From: Vulcanimicrobiota bacterium
GTDB lineage: Bacteria; Vulcanimicrobiota; Vulcanimicrobiia; Vulcanimicrobiales; Vulcanimicrobiaceae
Reading direction: 5' to 3'
Assembly (NCBI GenBank): GCA_963833095.1
Contig: CAWHWQ010000001.1
Coordinates: 672,001 to 736,000 of the forward strand
DNA: 64,000 bases
In this document: piece after piece, positions 40,012 to 50,807 of the stretch
How the letters are laid out: the number at the start of each line of letters is the position of its first letter
Numbering within the stretch: the stretch's first letter is position 1
Position numbers and translations under genes: made by a program
The notes under the pieces: generated by a model
Told to the model about the DNA's origin: nothing
The model's database searches: none
Seen by the model: only the letters and a program-made list of their open reading frames with translations

Positions 40012-41828
40012 CCGATGAGTTCTTCCAGTTGCGTGTGCAGATTTTCCCATGTGGCGAGAGATTCTGCGTTCTGCGCGGCCACAAACACGCGTTCCGACTC
40101 CAATTCGGCGACGCGCTTGCGATCGTCGTAGGTCTCGGTCAGCGTAAATAGTCGATCGATCTCGACCTTGCGCGCGTCGAGCCGAGCTATCTCGCGTTCG
40201 ATGCTCGCTATCCGCGTTTCGAGCTGTGAACGGATCTTCATGGGGGTCTGGCGTGTCGTTTTCGAACGACCCGTAGATACCGCTCGCGCTTCGAGCGCCA
40301 ACCGCTCACGCTTGGCCTGACTCGCTTCGAAGGCATCATATCCGCCCTCAACCGTACCCCACGCTCCGCCCTCGATCCAGAGTACCCGATCGCATAGACG
40401 GGAGAGCAGATAACGATCGTGCGATACGATGAGGATCGCGCCTTGATAGTCGCCCAGCACGGATTCGAGCGCTTCGCGGCTATCGATATCGAGGTCGTTG
40501 GTCGGTTCGTCCAGGAGCAGGACGTCGGCAGCCTGGGCCATCAGCGACGCAAGCATAATTCGCCGTCGTTCGCCGCCGGAGAATTCTCGCACCGCCTTGT
40601 CGGCAGCCTCGCCGCTGATGCGCATTCGTCCGAGCAGGTTGCGGGCCTTCTCATCGGAGATATCAGCACCCGCGCGCACCGCGTCGACTGCGCTTGCCGC
40701 TGGATCGAGCTGCTCGTGTGAATTCTGCGCAAAATACGCAATCTGCGACGCCGGATTCACGCGAATGGTCCCGCGATCCGCGGCAAGTTCGCCGCTCACA
40801 ATCTTCAACAGCGTAGATTTCCCCGAACCGTTCGGCCCAACGATCGCCAACCGCTCCCCACGCAGCACATCTATTTCAAGATTTTCGAAAAGCGGATGCG
40901 CATACGCTTTTGAGAGTCCGCTCAGCTCCAGCGCAAACGCATTGGCGGCTCGCCGGGTTGACTGCAGATTCACCGCAATAGCGGCCGCCGGCGCTACCGG
41001 TGCGTCAGCCGCAAGTCGCGCTTCGGCGCGCAACAGCTGTTTCTCGCGACTACGTACCTGGCTATAGTCCGATGACGTATGCGTAGCGCGCAGACCCGCA
41101 ATCGTCGCGCGACGCTTCTCGCGCTCAGCAATGAATGCGTCGTACGCTCGGCGCTCGTCGGCATGCCGCGAAGCGCGCTCGGCAACGAATGCGTCGTACG
41201 CGTTGATGGCCGGCGGGTAGACATGAAGTCGCCCGGCTTCGATCTCCCAAATGCGCGTCGCCACCCGATTGAGAAAATAGCGATCGTGAGAAACGATGAG
41301 GTAAGCGCGCTTATCCGATGCGATGTAGGATTCGAGCCAGCGCACCGTCTCGATGTCCAAATGATTGGTTGGCTCGTCGAAGATGCAATAGTCCGGCTGG
41401 TCGATGAGCACGTGTGCGAGCGCGGCTTTTGCGCGCTGGCCGCCCGAAAATTCGCGCAACGGACGCGCAAACGCATCTTCACGGAATCCGAATGTGGCGA
41501 GCATGATCCGCAACGTCTTATTGCGGATGCCGTACGTCTCGGGCGTAGCGCGGGCAAGCGCCGCATCGATGAGTTCTTGCAGCGTCGATTCCGTCTCGTC
41601 CGCGACGCTTTGCGCGAGATAGGCAAACGTAGCGTCGCGCGCGCGGACGACGCTGCCCCCGAACGGTTGGTCAACACCGGCAAGCAAGCGCAAAAGCGAC
41701 GACTTTCCCGCCCCATTGGGGCCGACAAGTCCGACGCGCTCGCCATCCTGCAAGACGCCACTGAGCCCCGCGAAGATTTCGCGCGCGCCATAATGGCAAT
41801 CGAGGTCGGAGAAACGGATGAGGTCCAC
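40008..41828 (-). CDS. ABC-F family ATP-binding protein
   Basis: Two ABC cassettes (GPNGAGKS/SGGQ/DEPTNHLD and GPNGSGKS/SGGE/DEPTNDLD), no TM, coiled-coil tail. Confidence 0.95.
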   Translation of the reverse strand: MDLIRFSDLDCHYGAREIFAGLSGVLQDGERVGLVGPNGAGKSSLLRLLAGVDQPFGGSVVRARDATFAYLAQSVADETESTLQELIDAALARATPETYGIRNKTLRIMLATFGFREDAFARPLREFSGGQRAKAALAHVLIDQPDYCIFDEPTNHLDIETVRWLESYIASDKRAYLIVSHDRYFLNRVATRIWEIEAGRLHVYPPAINAYDAFVAERASRHADERRAYDAFIAEREKRRATIAGLRATHTSSDYSQVRSREKQLLRAEARLAADAPVAPAAAIAVNLQSTRRAANAFALELSGLSKAYAHPLFENLEIDVLRGERLAIVGPNGSGKSTLLKIVSGELAADRGTIRVNPASQIAYFAQNSHEQLDPAASAVDAVRAGADISDEKARNLLGRMRISGEAADKAVREFSGGERRRIMLASLMAQAADVLLLDEPTNDLDIDSREALESVLGDYQGAILIVSHDRYLLSRLCDRVLWIEGGAWGTVEGGYDAFEASQAKRERLALEARAVSTGRSKTTRQTPMKIRSQLETRIASIEREIARLDARKVEIDRLFTLTETYDDRKRVAELESERVFVAAQNAESLATWENLHTQLEELIG

Positions 41829-41940
41829 GGCCGGGTGACGTTCATTGGTGCCGCCTTGCGCTTCCTGCTGCGTCCGCAAACGTTTCGGGATCGAAACAGC
41901 GACCCGCAGGGGAACGCTAGCATTCTCTTGTGATACCGGC

Positions 41941-42403
41941 ATGACAGTCGAACTTCCGCAACAACTTCGCCAAAACTACATAAGCTGAAAGTCCCATCGA
42001 ATATGGAGAGCAGGTCGTGTTTGCGAGGCTCGTGAACGGCAAACGGCTAGGATCTCTACAAACTTCGCTCCCGATCCCACGCCTGGAGTATTCGAACTGC
42101 ATTTCAGCCGGGGCTGGGTTGATGAGCCCGGCATTCCGCAACCGCTGCAACTCCCCGAAGATGGGATCCGCGTGCGATTGCTACGCGGGTCACGCGCAAT
42201 CGAACCGACACCCATTCGCGCGCTCGGACGCTCGGGATTCCCGGTTGCTCTCGAGACGTTATGAAGGTTCGCCGAGCGCGCTGTACCGGCTTTCGGACTG
42301 GGACTATGAGGACAGCCCAAGGGAAACCCACTTTGTCCATTTCGGTGCCGACGGCCGCGTGCAAAGCACCGGCACATTCCCGGGGTGGATCGAAAACCCG
42401 TAA
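41941..42403 (+). pseudogene. Possible degraded gene remnant
   Basis: Protein-like stretches in different frames (PGVFELHFSRGWVDEP; LYRLSDWDYEDSPRETHFVHF); AT-richer; no clean ORF. Confidence 0.3.
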
Positions 42404-42473
42404 TTTCCCCTACTTCTAAAGTGCCGGTTCGGCACAGTAGACCCGCACTTCGCTTTCATCTTGGAGGATCGCA

Positions 42474-43700
42474 GTGCTGGTCAACGCTTCCACCACGCCG
42501 TCTCGCCGCGCGCTCGAGTTCGGCATCTATCGCGACGGCGATAACAATTTGGACATGTCTCAAAGTCTAACGATCGCACAGGCCTTACAATCGAGCCAGA
42601 CCGACTCTACCGTCGAATATACGGTCGAAGATACCACCGGTTTGCGCGTCGAGGGCGACGATATCGTCGAAGGCCGCAAACGCACCGAAAATTTCACCAT
42701 TGCCGACGGCAAGATTGGTGACGACCAAATCGAGAAAGCGCGCAACATGGCCGATCCCTCGAATCTTGCCAAGTTCGTCGCGCGCACACTGGACGACGCT
42801 CAGAAATCCGGCGCGACGCAGACTTGGATTGACTTAGTCGATCACGGCGGCGGCGACGGCGGTGGACTGGAAACGCACACCGGCGCAGTGATGGCGATGC
42901 CCGACATGGCTAAAGCCATTGCCGACGGCGTCGCCTTGCACGCCAAGGAGCATCCCGAGGACGCGAACCGCACGATCGACGGCGTCGTAGCGAACCAATG
43001 TTTGATGTCGACGATGGGTTTTGCCGACGCGCTCTCACGCGTTGGCGTCAAGTGGCTGGCAGCTTCTCCCGAAACGATGCTTTCCCCGGGCGTGCCGACG
43101 ACCGTTGCCGACGCGATCGCGCGCAACGTCAACGACCCTGCTGCTATGGCAACCGGCGTCGTCGACACCGTGATGCGCACGCGCTACACGGACCCCAGCG
43201 GTGAGTCGTTCGGAACCGCCGCGGCCTTCGACGTGCTCGACTGTTCGCCCGGCAAGATCGCAAATGCCGAGCGCGCGATCAAGGCCTTTAATGACGCCGT
43301 CGCCGGCGACACGACCAACCGCGGCGCGATCCGCCGCGATATCGCCTCGGTCGGCGGCATGGTGCGCTTCAGCAGCGCAACACCGGATATGCCGTGGCAT
43401 GCGGATCGCCCGGCAATTGCCGTCTACGCGAGCATCGCTTCAGACGCAACCCTGCCCGCGCAATTGCGCGCCGACGCGCGCGCTGCAGCGGATGCAACGC
43501 GCGCGCTCGTTATGGCGCACAAGGAATCGCGCGGCTTCGGCCCGTTTGACGGATCGAGCTACGCGGATGCCGTCGGTCCCACCATCCACGTACCGCTCTC
43601 TTCCAAGCAAGTCGACCCGTGGGCGCCGAAGATCAGCGAGACGAACAACGCCTTTTACGACACCGTCGACCAGGCGAAGTTCGTCCGCGCTGTTGCCTGA
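42474..43700 (+). CDS. Clostripain-like cysteine peptidase (family C11)
   Basis: YRDGDNNLD, LVDHGGG (catalytic His), NQCLM (catalytic Cys) and ASPE; SD GGAGG. Confidence 0.75.
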   Translation: MLVNASTTPSRRALEFGIYRDGDNNLDMSQSLTIAQALQSSQTDSTVEYTVEDTTGLRVEGDDIVEGRKRTENFTIADGKIGDDQIEKARNMADPSNLAKFVARTLDDAQKSGATQTWIDLVDHGGGDGGGLETHTGAVMAMPDMAKAIADGVALHAKEHPEDANRTIDGVVANQCLMSTMGFADALSRVGVKWLAASPETMLSPGVPTTVADAIARNVNDPAAMATGVVDTVMRTRYTDPSGESFGTAAAFDVLDCSPGKIANAERAIKAFNDAVAGDTTNRGAIRRDIASVGGMVRFSSATPDMPWHADRPAIAVYASIASDATLPAQLRADARAAADATRALVMAHKESRGFGPFDGSSYADAVGPTIHVPLSSKQVDPWAPKISETNNAFYDTVDQAKFVRAVA

Positions 43701-43707
43701 CGGGAAC

Positions 43708-45111
43708 CTAATAGGTCATCGGCCCGCAGGTCGACGAGTCGGTCCAGGTTCCGCTGCAATCATACAGCGTGATGTCGGTGTCATACCCGTAGGCCTGACC
43801 AAGCTCGAGGTACTCATTGAGCGTGATGTACCCCAGCGCATAGAACTCGACGATCGTATTCGTCTGCTTCTGCGAATACGGCGGTGTCGGCGAAGGCGCC
43901 GGTGATGCCGTCGGTGTTGCTGTCGGCTTCGCTGTCGGTGATGCTGTTGGCTTCGCTGTTGGTGATGCCGTCGGCGATGTCGTTGGTGATGCAGTCGGTG
44001 AGGCGGTTGGCGAGGCGGTCGGTGACGGCGAGGCCGTCGCGGTGCCGCCCTCGAGCTGTTTGACCATGTTGTAGATCGCGACCATCTGCGGACCCGACTT
44101 GAGCGCGTAGCTCGAGTTGTTGTATCCCCACCAATCCCAGCAGCCGTTGGAATTGGTGCCGCCGGTCGTTTGGTACGGATAGAGCACGATGATGTTATTG
44201 GTATCCGCCCACTGATCCAAACCAGATTCGGTCACGAAATCGGTACCGACCACGGCCTGGTACTGAGCGCAGCCGTCCAGCGCGACGACGAGCGAGCACT
44301 GCGTACCGCTCGCGCAAGCCTTGGGAACGAAAACCCAGCCGTTCGTATCGAGATCATTTGATCCACCGCCGAACGGATCTTGGTTGAAGTTCAGGAGCGA
44401 TCCGGTCAATGTCCCGGTGTTCTTCGCGGTGAGCGTTCCGAGGAAGAGCGAGAGCCACGTTTGCTCGGAGTCGTATACCGTGCTGCCTTGATCGCACGTG
44501 ATCATATAGGGACTCGCAGCCGTACCGCACGCGACCGTACCATAGGGTGATTCCCAACCGTGCTCCGCGGCGAACGTGTTGTCGTATTTCACGGTAGCGC
44601 CGTAATGCTGGTATTCGGTCTGCAGGTCGTTCATGGTTTTCGGACTGACGATCGTGTCGCCCGTCCCCGACCACAAGTAGACGTGCTGACCGTTAATATT
44701 GCTCACCGGGTCCATCCCGGACGTATTTTGGTTGGAACTGATGTAGCTCTCGGACGCTGACAGCTCACTGCCGTACAGGCCGGCGCCGCCGCAATCGTCG
44801 ATCGCGGTTGCTTCGCTGTCTTGCGCACAGTAGTCAGGGCCGCCGGCATAAATTGCCGCGCCTTTGAACGTACCGGAATAGGCGAAGTGCATCTGGACGG
44901 CCATGAAGCCGCCTGACGATATCCCCGCCACGTACACGTGAGCCGGATTGATGTTATAGCTTCCGAGCGTTACGACGCTCGACGTTGCATCCGGACGCAG
45001 CTTGGTCTTGGGCAGAACGCCCGTCGAGCCCGGCGATGATTGGCTACCGCCGCCGCTACACGCGACAAACGCCGCGATGACGCATAGAATCAGAAACGAT
45101 CGAAATGCCAT
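43708..45111 (-). CDS. Secreted/lipoprotein PHA (PHB) depolymerase family esterase
   Basis: Lipobox FVAC; GISSGGFMAVQ lipase box, WSGTGD, AEHG, WADTNNIIVLYP and NGCWDWWGY; PT linker; small C-terminal domain. Confidence 0.88.
   Translation of the reverse strand: MAFRSFLILCVIAAFVACSGGGSQSSPGSTGVLPKTKLRPDATSSVVTLGSYNINPAHVYVAGISSGGFMAVQMHFAYSGTFKGAAIYAGGPDYCAQDSEATAIDDCGGAGLYGSELSASESYISSNQNTSGMDPVSNINGQHVYLWSGTGDTIVSPKTMNDLQTEYQHYGATVKYDNTFAAEHGWESPYGTVACGTAASPYMITCDQGSTVYDSEQTWLSLFLGTLTAKNTGTLTGSLLNFNQDPFGGGSNDLDTNGWVFVPKACASGTQCSLVVALDGCAQYQAVVGTDFVTESGLDQWADTNNIIVLYPYQTTGGTNSNGCWDWWGYNNSSYALKSGPQMVAIYNMVKQLEGGTATASPSPTASPTASPTASPTTSPTASPTAKPTASPTAKPTATPTASPAPSPTPPYSQKQTNTIVEFYALGYITLNEYLELGQAYGYDTDITLYDCSGTWTDSSTCGPMTY
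43880..44042 (-). repeat. 12-bp degenerate tandem repeat encoding a (PTAS/PTAK)n linker
   Basis: TASPSPTASPTASPTASPTTSPTASPTAKPTASPTAKPTATPTASP. Confidence 0.85.
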
Positions 45112-45203
45112 GAGTACACCCCCTCATGGCATTCTGCACGTTTTCTGGGAGGCGCCGACACACCCAAACGGGTGTGTTTTTGCCCTCGGCGAAAACCCGT
45201 CCC

Positions 45204-46385
45204 ATGCAGATACTCGAGCGCCTTACCGCCTTTATGAAAGAGCACGTCTATCCCAATGAGGCCCGCTACTCCGCGGAAATCGACGCTGCGGCGTCGCGCT
45301 GGACGCAACCCGGCATCATGGAGGAGCTCAAGTCACGCGCACGCGCCGAAGGGCTCTGGAACCTCTTCCTGCCCGAACCCGAATACGGCGCCGGCCTTTC
45401 GAATCGCGAGTATGCGCCGCTATGCGAGCTGATGGGCACCTCGCACATCGCACCCGAAGTTTTCAATTGCAACGCACCGGACACCGGAAATATGGAGGTG
45501 CTCGCGCGCTACGGTTCGCCCGCACAGCGCGATCGGTGGCTGAGCCCGCTGTTGCGCGGCGAGATACGGAGCGGCTTTGCGATGACCGAGCCCGACAAGG
45601 GTTCGTCCGACGCAACGAACATCTCCGCCTCGATCGCGCGCGACGGCGATCACTATGTCCTCAATGGGCGCAAGTGGTGGACGACCGGCGCGATGCACCC
45701 GCACACACAGATCCTCGTCTTCATGGGCAAGACCGATCCAAAAGCAGCCAGGCACCTGCAGCAGTCGATGATCCTCGTGCCGATCCGCGAGCCCGGCGTA
45801 CGTATCGTTCGCCATCTTGGTGTCTTCGGCTATGACGATGCGCCGTTCGGCCACGCCGAAATCGCGTTTGAAAACGTCCGCGTTCCGGCCGAGAACATGC
45901 TCTTGGGCGAAGGGCGCGGGTTCGAAATCGCTCAGGGTCGTCTAGGACCCGGGCGGCTGCATCATTGCTTGCGGCTGCTTGGCCTGAGCGAACGGGTGCT
46001 GCGCATGATGTGCATGCGCGTGCGCGATCGCATCACCTTCGGCCGCCCCCTTGCCGAACAAGGCGTGATTCGCGAATGGATTGCGCAGTCACGTATCGAT
46101 ATCGACAGCACGCGCCACCTCGTCTACAATGCCGCCGAGCAGCTCGATCTCCGTGGCAACAAGCTCGCCGCGCCGGCGCTTGCAATGGCCAAGGTCGCCG
46201 CACCCCGCATTGCGCAAGCCATCGTCGATCGCGCGATTCAGGCTTTCGGCGCCGAAGGCATGCTCGACGACACGGGGCTCGCGCACGCATGGACCAGTGC
46301 GCGCTCGCTCCGCATCGCCGACGGTCCGGATGAAGTTCATTTGCGCAGCATCGCTAAAGCTGAGCTCGCCAAGTACGATGCATGA
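45204..46385 (+). CDS. Acyl-CoA dehydrogenase, ACAD10/11-LvaC subtype
   Basis: [33 protein letters not shown] and [11 protein letters not shown]. Confidence 0.93.
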   Translation: MQILERLTAFMKEHVYPNEARYSAEIDAAASRWTQPGIMEELKSRARAEGLWNLFLPEPEYGAGLSNREYAPLCELMGTSHIAPEVFNCNAPDTGNMEVLARYGSPAQRDRWLSPLLRGEIRSGFAMTEPDKGSSDATNISASIARDGDHYVLNGRKWWTTGAMHPHTQILVFMGKTDPKAARHLQQSMILVPIREPGVRIVRHLGVFGYDDAPFGHAEIAFENVRVPAENMLLGEGRGFEIAQGRLGPGRLHHCLRLLGLSERVLRMMCMRVRDRITFGRPLAEQGVIREWIAQSRIDIDSTRHLVYNAAEQLDLRGNKLAAPALAMAKVAAPRIAQAIVDRAIQAFGAEGMLDDTGLAHAWTSARSLRIADGPDEVHLRSIAKAELAKYDA

Positions 46386-47010
46386 CTTTCGCGTAGCCCA
46401 CGGGGCAAGCGAATTGCTGTTGATACGCCACGGCGAAGCCGAGCCGATCCCCCCGACGCAAGCGCTGCATCCCAAAGACGTCGACATGCCCCTCAGTGCT
46501 CGCGGACGCCAGCAAGCAACTTTACTCGCCTCGCGGCTGAGGCTCCGCGGCATCGGCGCAATTTATAGCAGCCCACTGCGGCGTACTCGCGAAACGGCGG
46601 ACGCACTCGCCACGGTATTGGAACTTCCAATTATCGAGGATGCGCGCTTACGCGAAGTCGAGATTGCGGGCGTTGGTCCGGTCGCGATGCACGATCTGGC
46701 CGAAATCGCGATCGCGCATGGCGGCTGGTCGCATCTTCCCGGCACGGAATCGTCTCAAGCAATTCGCGAGCGAATGACGATGGCTGTTGATGCGATTGTC
46801 GCCGCGAACATCGGCGTACGCATCGCTCTGTTCACCCACGCGGGCGCAATCAATGCTTACGTCGCCGGACTGCTCGGGCTCAAAAGCGACTTCTTCTTCC
46901 CCACCGGCAATACGTCGATTTCGACCGTGCGCGCACGTGACGAGCGCCGGTTGCTCGTCTCGCTCAACGACATCGCTCATCTCGAAAGCCTTCATGATCG
47001 ACGATCCTGA
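46378..47010 (+). CDS. Histidine phosphatase (phosphoglycerate mutase-like)
   Basis: [21 protein letters not shown] and THAG. Confidence 0.92.
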   Translation: MHDFRVAHGASELLLIRHGEAEPIPPTQALHPKDVDMPLSARGRQQATLLASRLRLRGIGAIYSSPLRRTRETADALATVLELPIIEDARLREVEIAGVGPVAMHDLAEIAIAHGGWSHLPGTESSQAIRERMTMAVDAIVAANIGVRIALFTHAGAINAYVAGLLGLKSDFFFPTGNTSISTVRARDERRLLVSLNDIAHLESLHDRRS

Positions 47011-48049
47011 AGTCATCGACGTGCGCCCCGAGGAGCAGCTCGACGTCGCTCGGCTCGAACCGTACTTACGCGAACATTTGCCCAACGTCAGCGGCGCGTT
47101 CGCTCTGCGCCAGTTCGGCGGCGGTCATGCCAACCTCACCTATCTCGTGGGTTTCGGCGCTCATGAATTCGTGTTGCGCCGGCCGCCGCTCGGGCCGGTA
47201 GCCGATCGGTCCCACGACATGAAGCGCGAGCACGCGGTGCTCTCGAAGCTCTACGCGTCGTATCCAAACGCCCCGCGCAGCTATCACCTTTGCGCCGACC
47301 ACGCGATCATCGGCAGCGATTTCGTGATCGAGGAACGCAAGTACGGCATTGCGATCCGCAAAGAACTCCCGCAACGCTACGTCGGTGACGTCGATCTCGC
47401 CCTGCGCCTAAGCACGGCGATGATCGATCGCCTCGCGGAACTGCATCAGGTCGATGTCGAGGCAACCGGACTCGCGCAGCTCGGTCACCCCCAAGGCTAT
47501 GTGCAGCGGCAGCTTGACGGCTGGACCGGACGCTGGGAGGCGGCGCGCACCGCGCACACGACCGACACGACGGCACTCGTCAGCTGGCTGCGCGAGCGGA
47601 TACCGCAGTCGGACGTTGCGACGCTGGTCCACAACGATTATAAGCTCGACAACATGTTGCTGGATCCCGGCGATCCGGCGCGCATCGTCGCACTTTTGGA
47701 CTGGGACATGTGCACGTACGGCGATCCGATGATGGACGTCGGGTACATGTTAGCTCTCTGGCCCGAAGCGACTGACCCGCCGATCTTTCGCCTGTGGGGC
47801 ATGCCGACATGGCACGACGGATTTATGACGCGAGCGCAAGCCGTGGCCTACTACGGAAAGGTTACCGGCTTCGACGTTTCACACGCGGCGTGGTATCACG
47901 TCTTTAGTTTCTTCCGCTTCGCTGCGATCATTCAGCAGATCTACAAACGCTACGACGCGGGTCAAACGCATGACGAGCGTTTTCGCGAGATGGGAAGCCA
48001 AGCGAACGCGGTCATTGCGGTCGCCTCGTCGCTCACCCAAGTCGGTTAG
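46994..48049 (+). CDS. APH-family phosphotransferase, ACAD10/11 kinase-LvaA-like
   Basis: QFGGGHANLTY, VLRRPP, HDMKRE, HNDYKLDN and LDWDM..GDP. Confidence 0.93.
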   Translation: MIDDPEVIDVRPEEQLDVARLEPYLREHLPNVSGAFALRQFGGGHANLTYLVGFGAHEFVLRRPPLGPVADRSHDMKREHAVLSKLYASYPNAPRSYHLCADHAIIGSDFVIEERKYGIAIRKELPQRYVGDVDLALRLSTAMIDRLAELHQVDVEATGLAQLGHPQGYVQRQLDGWTGRWEAARTAHTTDTTALVSWLRERIPQSDVATLVHNDYKLDNMLLDPGDPARIVALLDWDMCTYGDPMMDVGYMLALWPEATDPPIFRLWGMPTWHDGFMTRAQAVAYYGKVTGFDVSHAAWYHVFSFFRFAAIIQQIYKRYDAGQTHDERFREMGSQANAVIAVASSLTQVG

Positions 48050-48058
48050 GCAAATCCC

Positions 48059-50161
48059 CTACTGCGGCGGATGCAGATATTGCGCCAGAAACGCCTCGGC
48101 GGCCCGGTACTGTTCGACCAAGTGCGCCCAAACCAAGTTTTCGTGGGCTTCGTCTGGGAACACTTGCGTCTGAACGGTCACGCCCCGCGCGCGCAGCTTG
48201 GTTGCAAGGTCGACACTTTGTGAAAACGGCACGTTGCGGTCGTCGTCGCCCTGTTCGATAAAGACCGGCGACGTCCAAGTATTCAGATAGCCTTCCGCGG
48301 TTGACATATGCGCGATCTTGCGCTGTTCCGGCGTACCGACCGGATGGCCGTAATCGTGATCGAATTCAGACGGCCAATCGTGCACGCCGGCAAAATCCGC
48401 GCCGACCTTGAAAACATCCGAGTTTCGCGCGAGCGCGAGGGCTGTCAATAGGCCGCCGTACGAGAGTCCGTAGATCCCGATGCGATTCGCGGCGACGTAG
48501 GGCTGCCTTTGAAGCCATCTTGCGCCGGCGAGGACATCTTGATATTCCGAGCCGCCATGCCATCCGCCGTGCGGCGGATTGCGGAAGTTATAACCGTACA
48601 TGATGCCCAAGCGATAGTTGATCGAGAGCACGACAAAACCGCGATTGGCGAGATATTGATTCATCTCGTAGAGATGCGTGTACGGCTCCATGTAGTGGTA
48701 ACCACCGAGCATCTGTCGCGGTGGACCGCCGTGATCGAACACGATCGCCGGTAATTTGCCCTTCGCACCGCGCGGCACGAAAAGCTGTGCGTGAATCGTC
48801 AACCCGTCCGGCGCCTTGTAGGTGATCAATTGCGGACGAACCATGCGCGTCGCAGGATAGTTCGCCGGCGTTTGCACCGCGACGAGTGTCTTTGGGGGAT
48901 TCCCCGCGATCGTCACGACCGGAGGCGCAGCATACCAGGCATCGATGTACGCGAAGCCACCGTTTGCCAACGGCGTCGGGAACCACTGATTGCCCGGCCC
49001 GTGCGTGCGTTCTTGCGGCCTGCCGTCGGCTCCCACGCTCCAAATGTGCCGCTCATCGATCGCGCCCTCGTTCGTCGCGTAGAGCAGGTGCGAGTGATCG
49101 AGCGTCGGGACAACCGTTTCGACCTCAAAATTTCCCGTGGTCAAGCGCGCCGCGGGTCCGCCGTTCGCCGAAACCGCGTAAATATGCGCCCAGCCGTCAC
49201 CTTCCCAAGTGAATGCTACGTGATTTCCGGTCATCCACCACAATTGCGCCGTGCTCGACGATGGGTAGAATGCGTGGCCCATACCGGGACGCGCGGTCCA
49301 AATCCGCCGCGCGCTACCACTTGCGGCGTTTGCGACCCAGATCGACCACGGCGTTTTCGATGAATCGGCACTTTCGAACGTGCTCTCGTCGTAGACGGTT
49401 TCGCCGATTTTCTGCCCGGGCATCCGCACGAAGGCAACACGAGAACTGTCCGGCGACCAGGCTGCGGCGTCATCTTGTGTGAAGTCCGGCGTGGCGTAGA
49501 CGTATTTTTTCTGCGATGGGGTGTAAATCACGATAAACGAGTGATCGCCGCGAGCGCTGGTAAATGCGATCTTCGTGCCGTCGGGCGACCACACGGGGCT
49601 GGATACGGTGCCGCGAATCGGTAGCATGTCCGGCTTCCCAACCGTGAAGGTTGCGTCGCTCTTGCTAAGCGACACGACGCCGAGCTGACCTTGCACCGTC
49701 GTGAACGCTACCGCGTCGCCTTTGGGCGAGAGGAAGACCGCATTACCCTCGGCGAGCTGGACCGGATCGCCGCCGGCGATGGGCGCGACGAAGATTGCGC
49801 GCTGCGGCGGCGGCACGTGCTGGAGCGGATTGGGATTCTCGCCCGCGGCTTCGTCCTGCACACCGCCGTGCAGATAGACTACGCCGTCGTTGCCCGGAAG
49901 TATCTGCGGCGTATCGATATCTTGACCGTCGTCGACGCTGTAGTGGGTGATGGCGTGGATGCTGCCGCCCGCATTGGTGTAGAGATTGCGTACGCCGCTG
50001 GCGTCGACTTTCCACACCAACACGCTCCCGTCAGGCGAGGAGGCAAGGTTATCGGGGAAGGGCGCGCTTAACACGTCTCCGATATCGTAAGCCTTCGCCA
50101 AAGCGGCCGTGGAAGAAGCCAAAAGTGCAACGAGCAACGTCGTAGCAAGAAGTCGGCGCAT
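48059..50161 (-). CDS. Secreted S9 family peptidase with beta-propeller
   Basis: Signal peptide; WSPDG repeats; HGGP, GLSYGG, DRNV and PDEAH triad motifs. Confidence 0.93.
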   Translation of the reverse strand: MRRLLATTLLVALLASSTAALAKAYDIGDVLSAPFPDNLASSPDGSVLVWKVDASGVRNLYTNAGGSIHAITHYSVDDGQDIDTPQILPGNDGVVYLHGGVQDEAAGENPNPLQHVPPPQRAIFVAPIAGGDPVQLAEGNAVFLSPKGDAVAFTTVQGQLGVVSLSKSDATFTVGKPDMLPIRGTVSSPVWSPDGTKIAFTSARGDHSFIVIYTPSQKKYVYATPDFTQDDAAAWSPDSSRVAFVRMPGQKIGETVYDESTFESADSSKTPWSIWVANAASGSARRIWTARPGMGHAFYPSSSTAQLWWMTGNHVAFTWEGDGWAHIYAVSANGGPAARLTTGNFEVETVVPTLDHSHLLYATNEGAIDERHIWSVGADGRPQERTHGPGNQWFPTPLANGGFAYIDAWYAAPPVVTIAGNPPKTLVAVQTPANYPATRMVRPQLITYKAPDGLTIHAQLFVPRGAKGKLPAIVFDHGGPPRQMLGGYHYMEPYTHLYEMNQYLANRGFVVLSINYRLGIMYGYNFRNPPHGGWHGGSEYQDVLAGARWLQRQPYVAANRIGIYGLSYGGLLTALALARNSDVFKVGADFAGVHDWPSEFDHDYGHPVGTPEQRKIAHMSTAEGYLNTWTSPVFIEQGDDDRNVPFSQSVDLATKLRARGVTVQTQVFPDEAHENLVWAHLVEQYRAAEAFLAQYLHPPQ

Positions 50162-50270
50162 CGTAATCCCCTCCAAATGGATTTTGCCACCAGCGGCGGC
50201 ACCGGGCATCGTGTCCTAAATCCACGTGCACCACCCTCGCGGTGGTGCTCATATTTTGGCGCGTTCGCCA

Positions 50271-50807
50271 TTATTTCGATGAGAGCCTTGCCTCAACGCG
50301 CGCCCGCAAGCCATTTTCGGGGTCATTCCATGCCGCGACAAAGGCACGCAGGATGTGGCCGGTCAGCCCCCAGATGCGCTTTTCCGCGTGATCGAGCACC
50401 GGCGATTCAATCTTGAACGCGCCGACCGACACCATAGCCTGACGCAGGTCGTTGACCACACGCTCCAAGGGCACGGTGAAGACCCCGACGGTCTCGGTCG
50501 CATCAACGCGAAGATCCCCCGCGGCAACGGTCGCCACAAACGGCGTGACGGTATAGTTATTGACTCTGGCATTTACCGCTGGAAGTTCGCCGACGATCGC
50601 GACGCGCTCGGGTGCCACGCCAACTTCTTCGGCCATTTCCCGCAATGCCGTCACGCGCAAGTCGCCCTCGTCGCCGGGATCCATACCGCCGCCGGGGAGA
50701 CCGATTTGCCCGGCGTGGTTGCGCAGGTGCGCGGCGCGTTCGATGAAGATCACGCCGTGCGGCGGCGCCTCAAAGATTCCGAGCACCACCGCCGCCGGAC
50801 GCCTCAT
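50271..50807 (-). CDS. Nudix CoA pyrophosphatase
   Basis: HAGQIGLPGG..TALREMAEEVG and IWGLT. Confidence 0.92.
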   Translation of the reverse strand: MRRPAAVVLGIFEAPPHGVIFIERAAHLRNHAGQIGLPGGGMDPGDEGDLRVTALREMAEEVGVAPERVAIVGELPAVNARVNNYTVTPFVATVAAGDLRVDATETVGVFTVPLERVVNDLRQAMVSVGAFKIESPVLDHAEKRIWGLTGHILRAFVAAWNDPENGLRARVEARLSSK

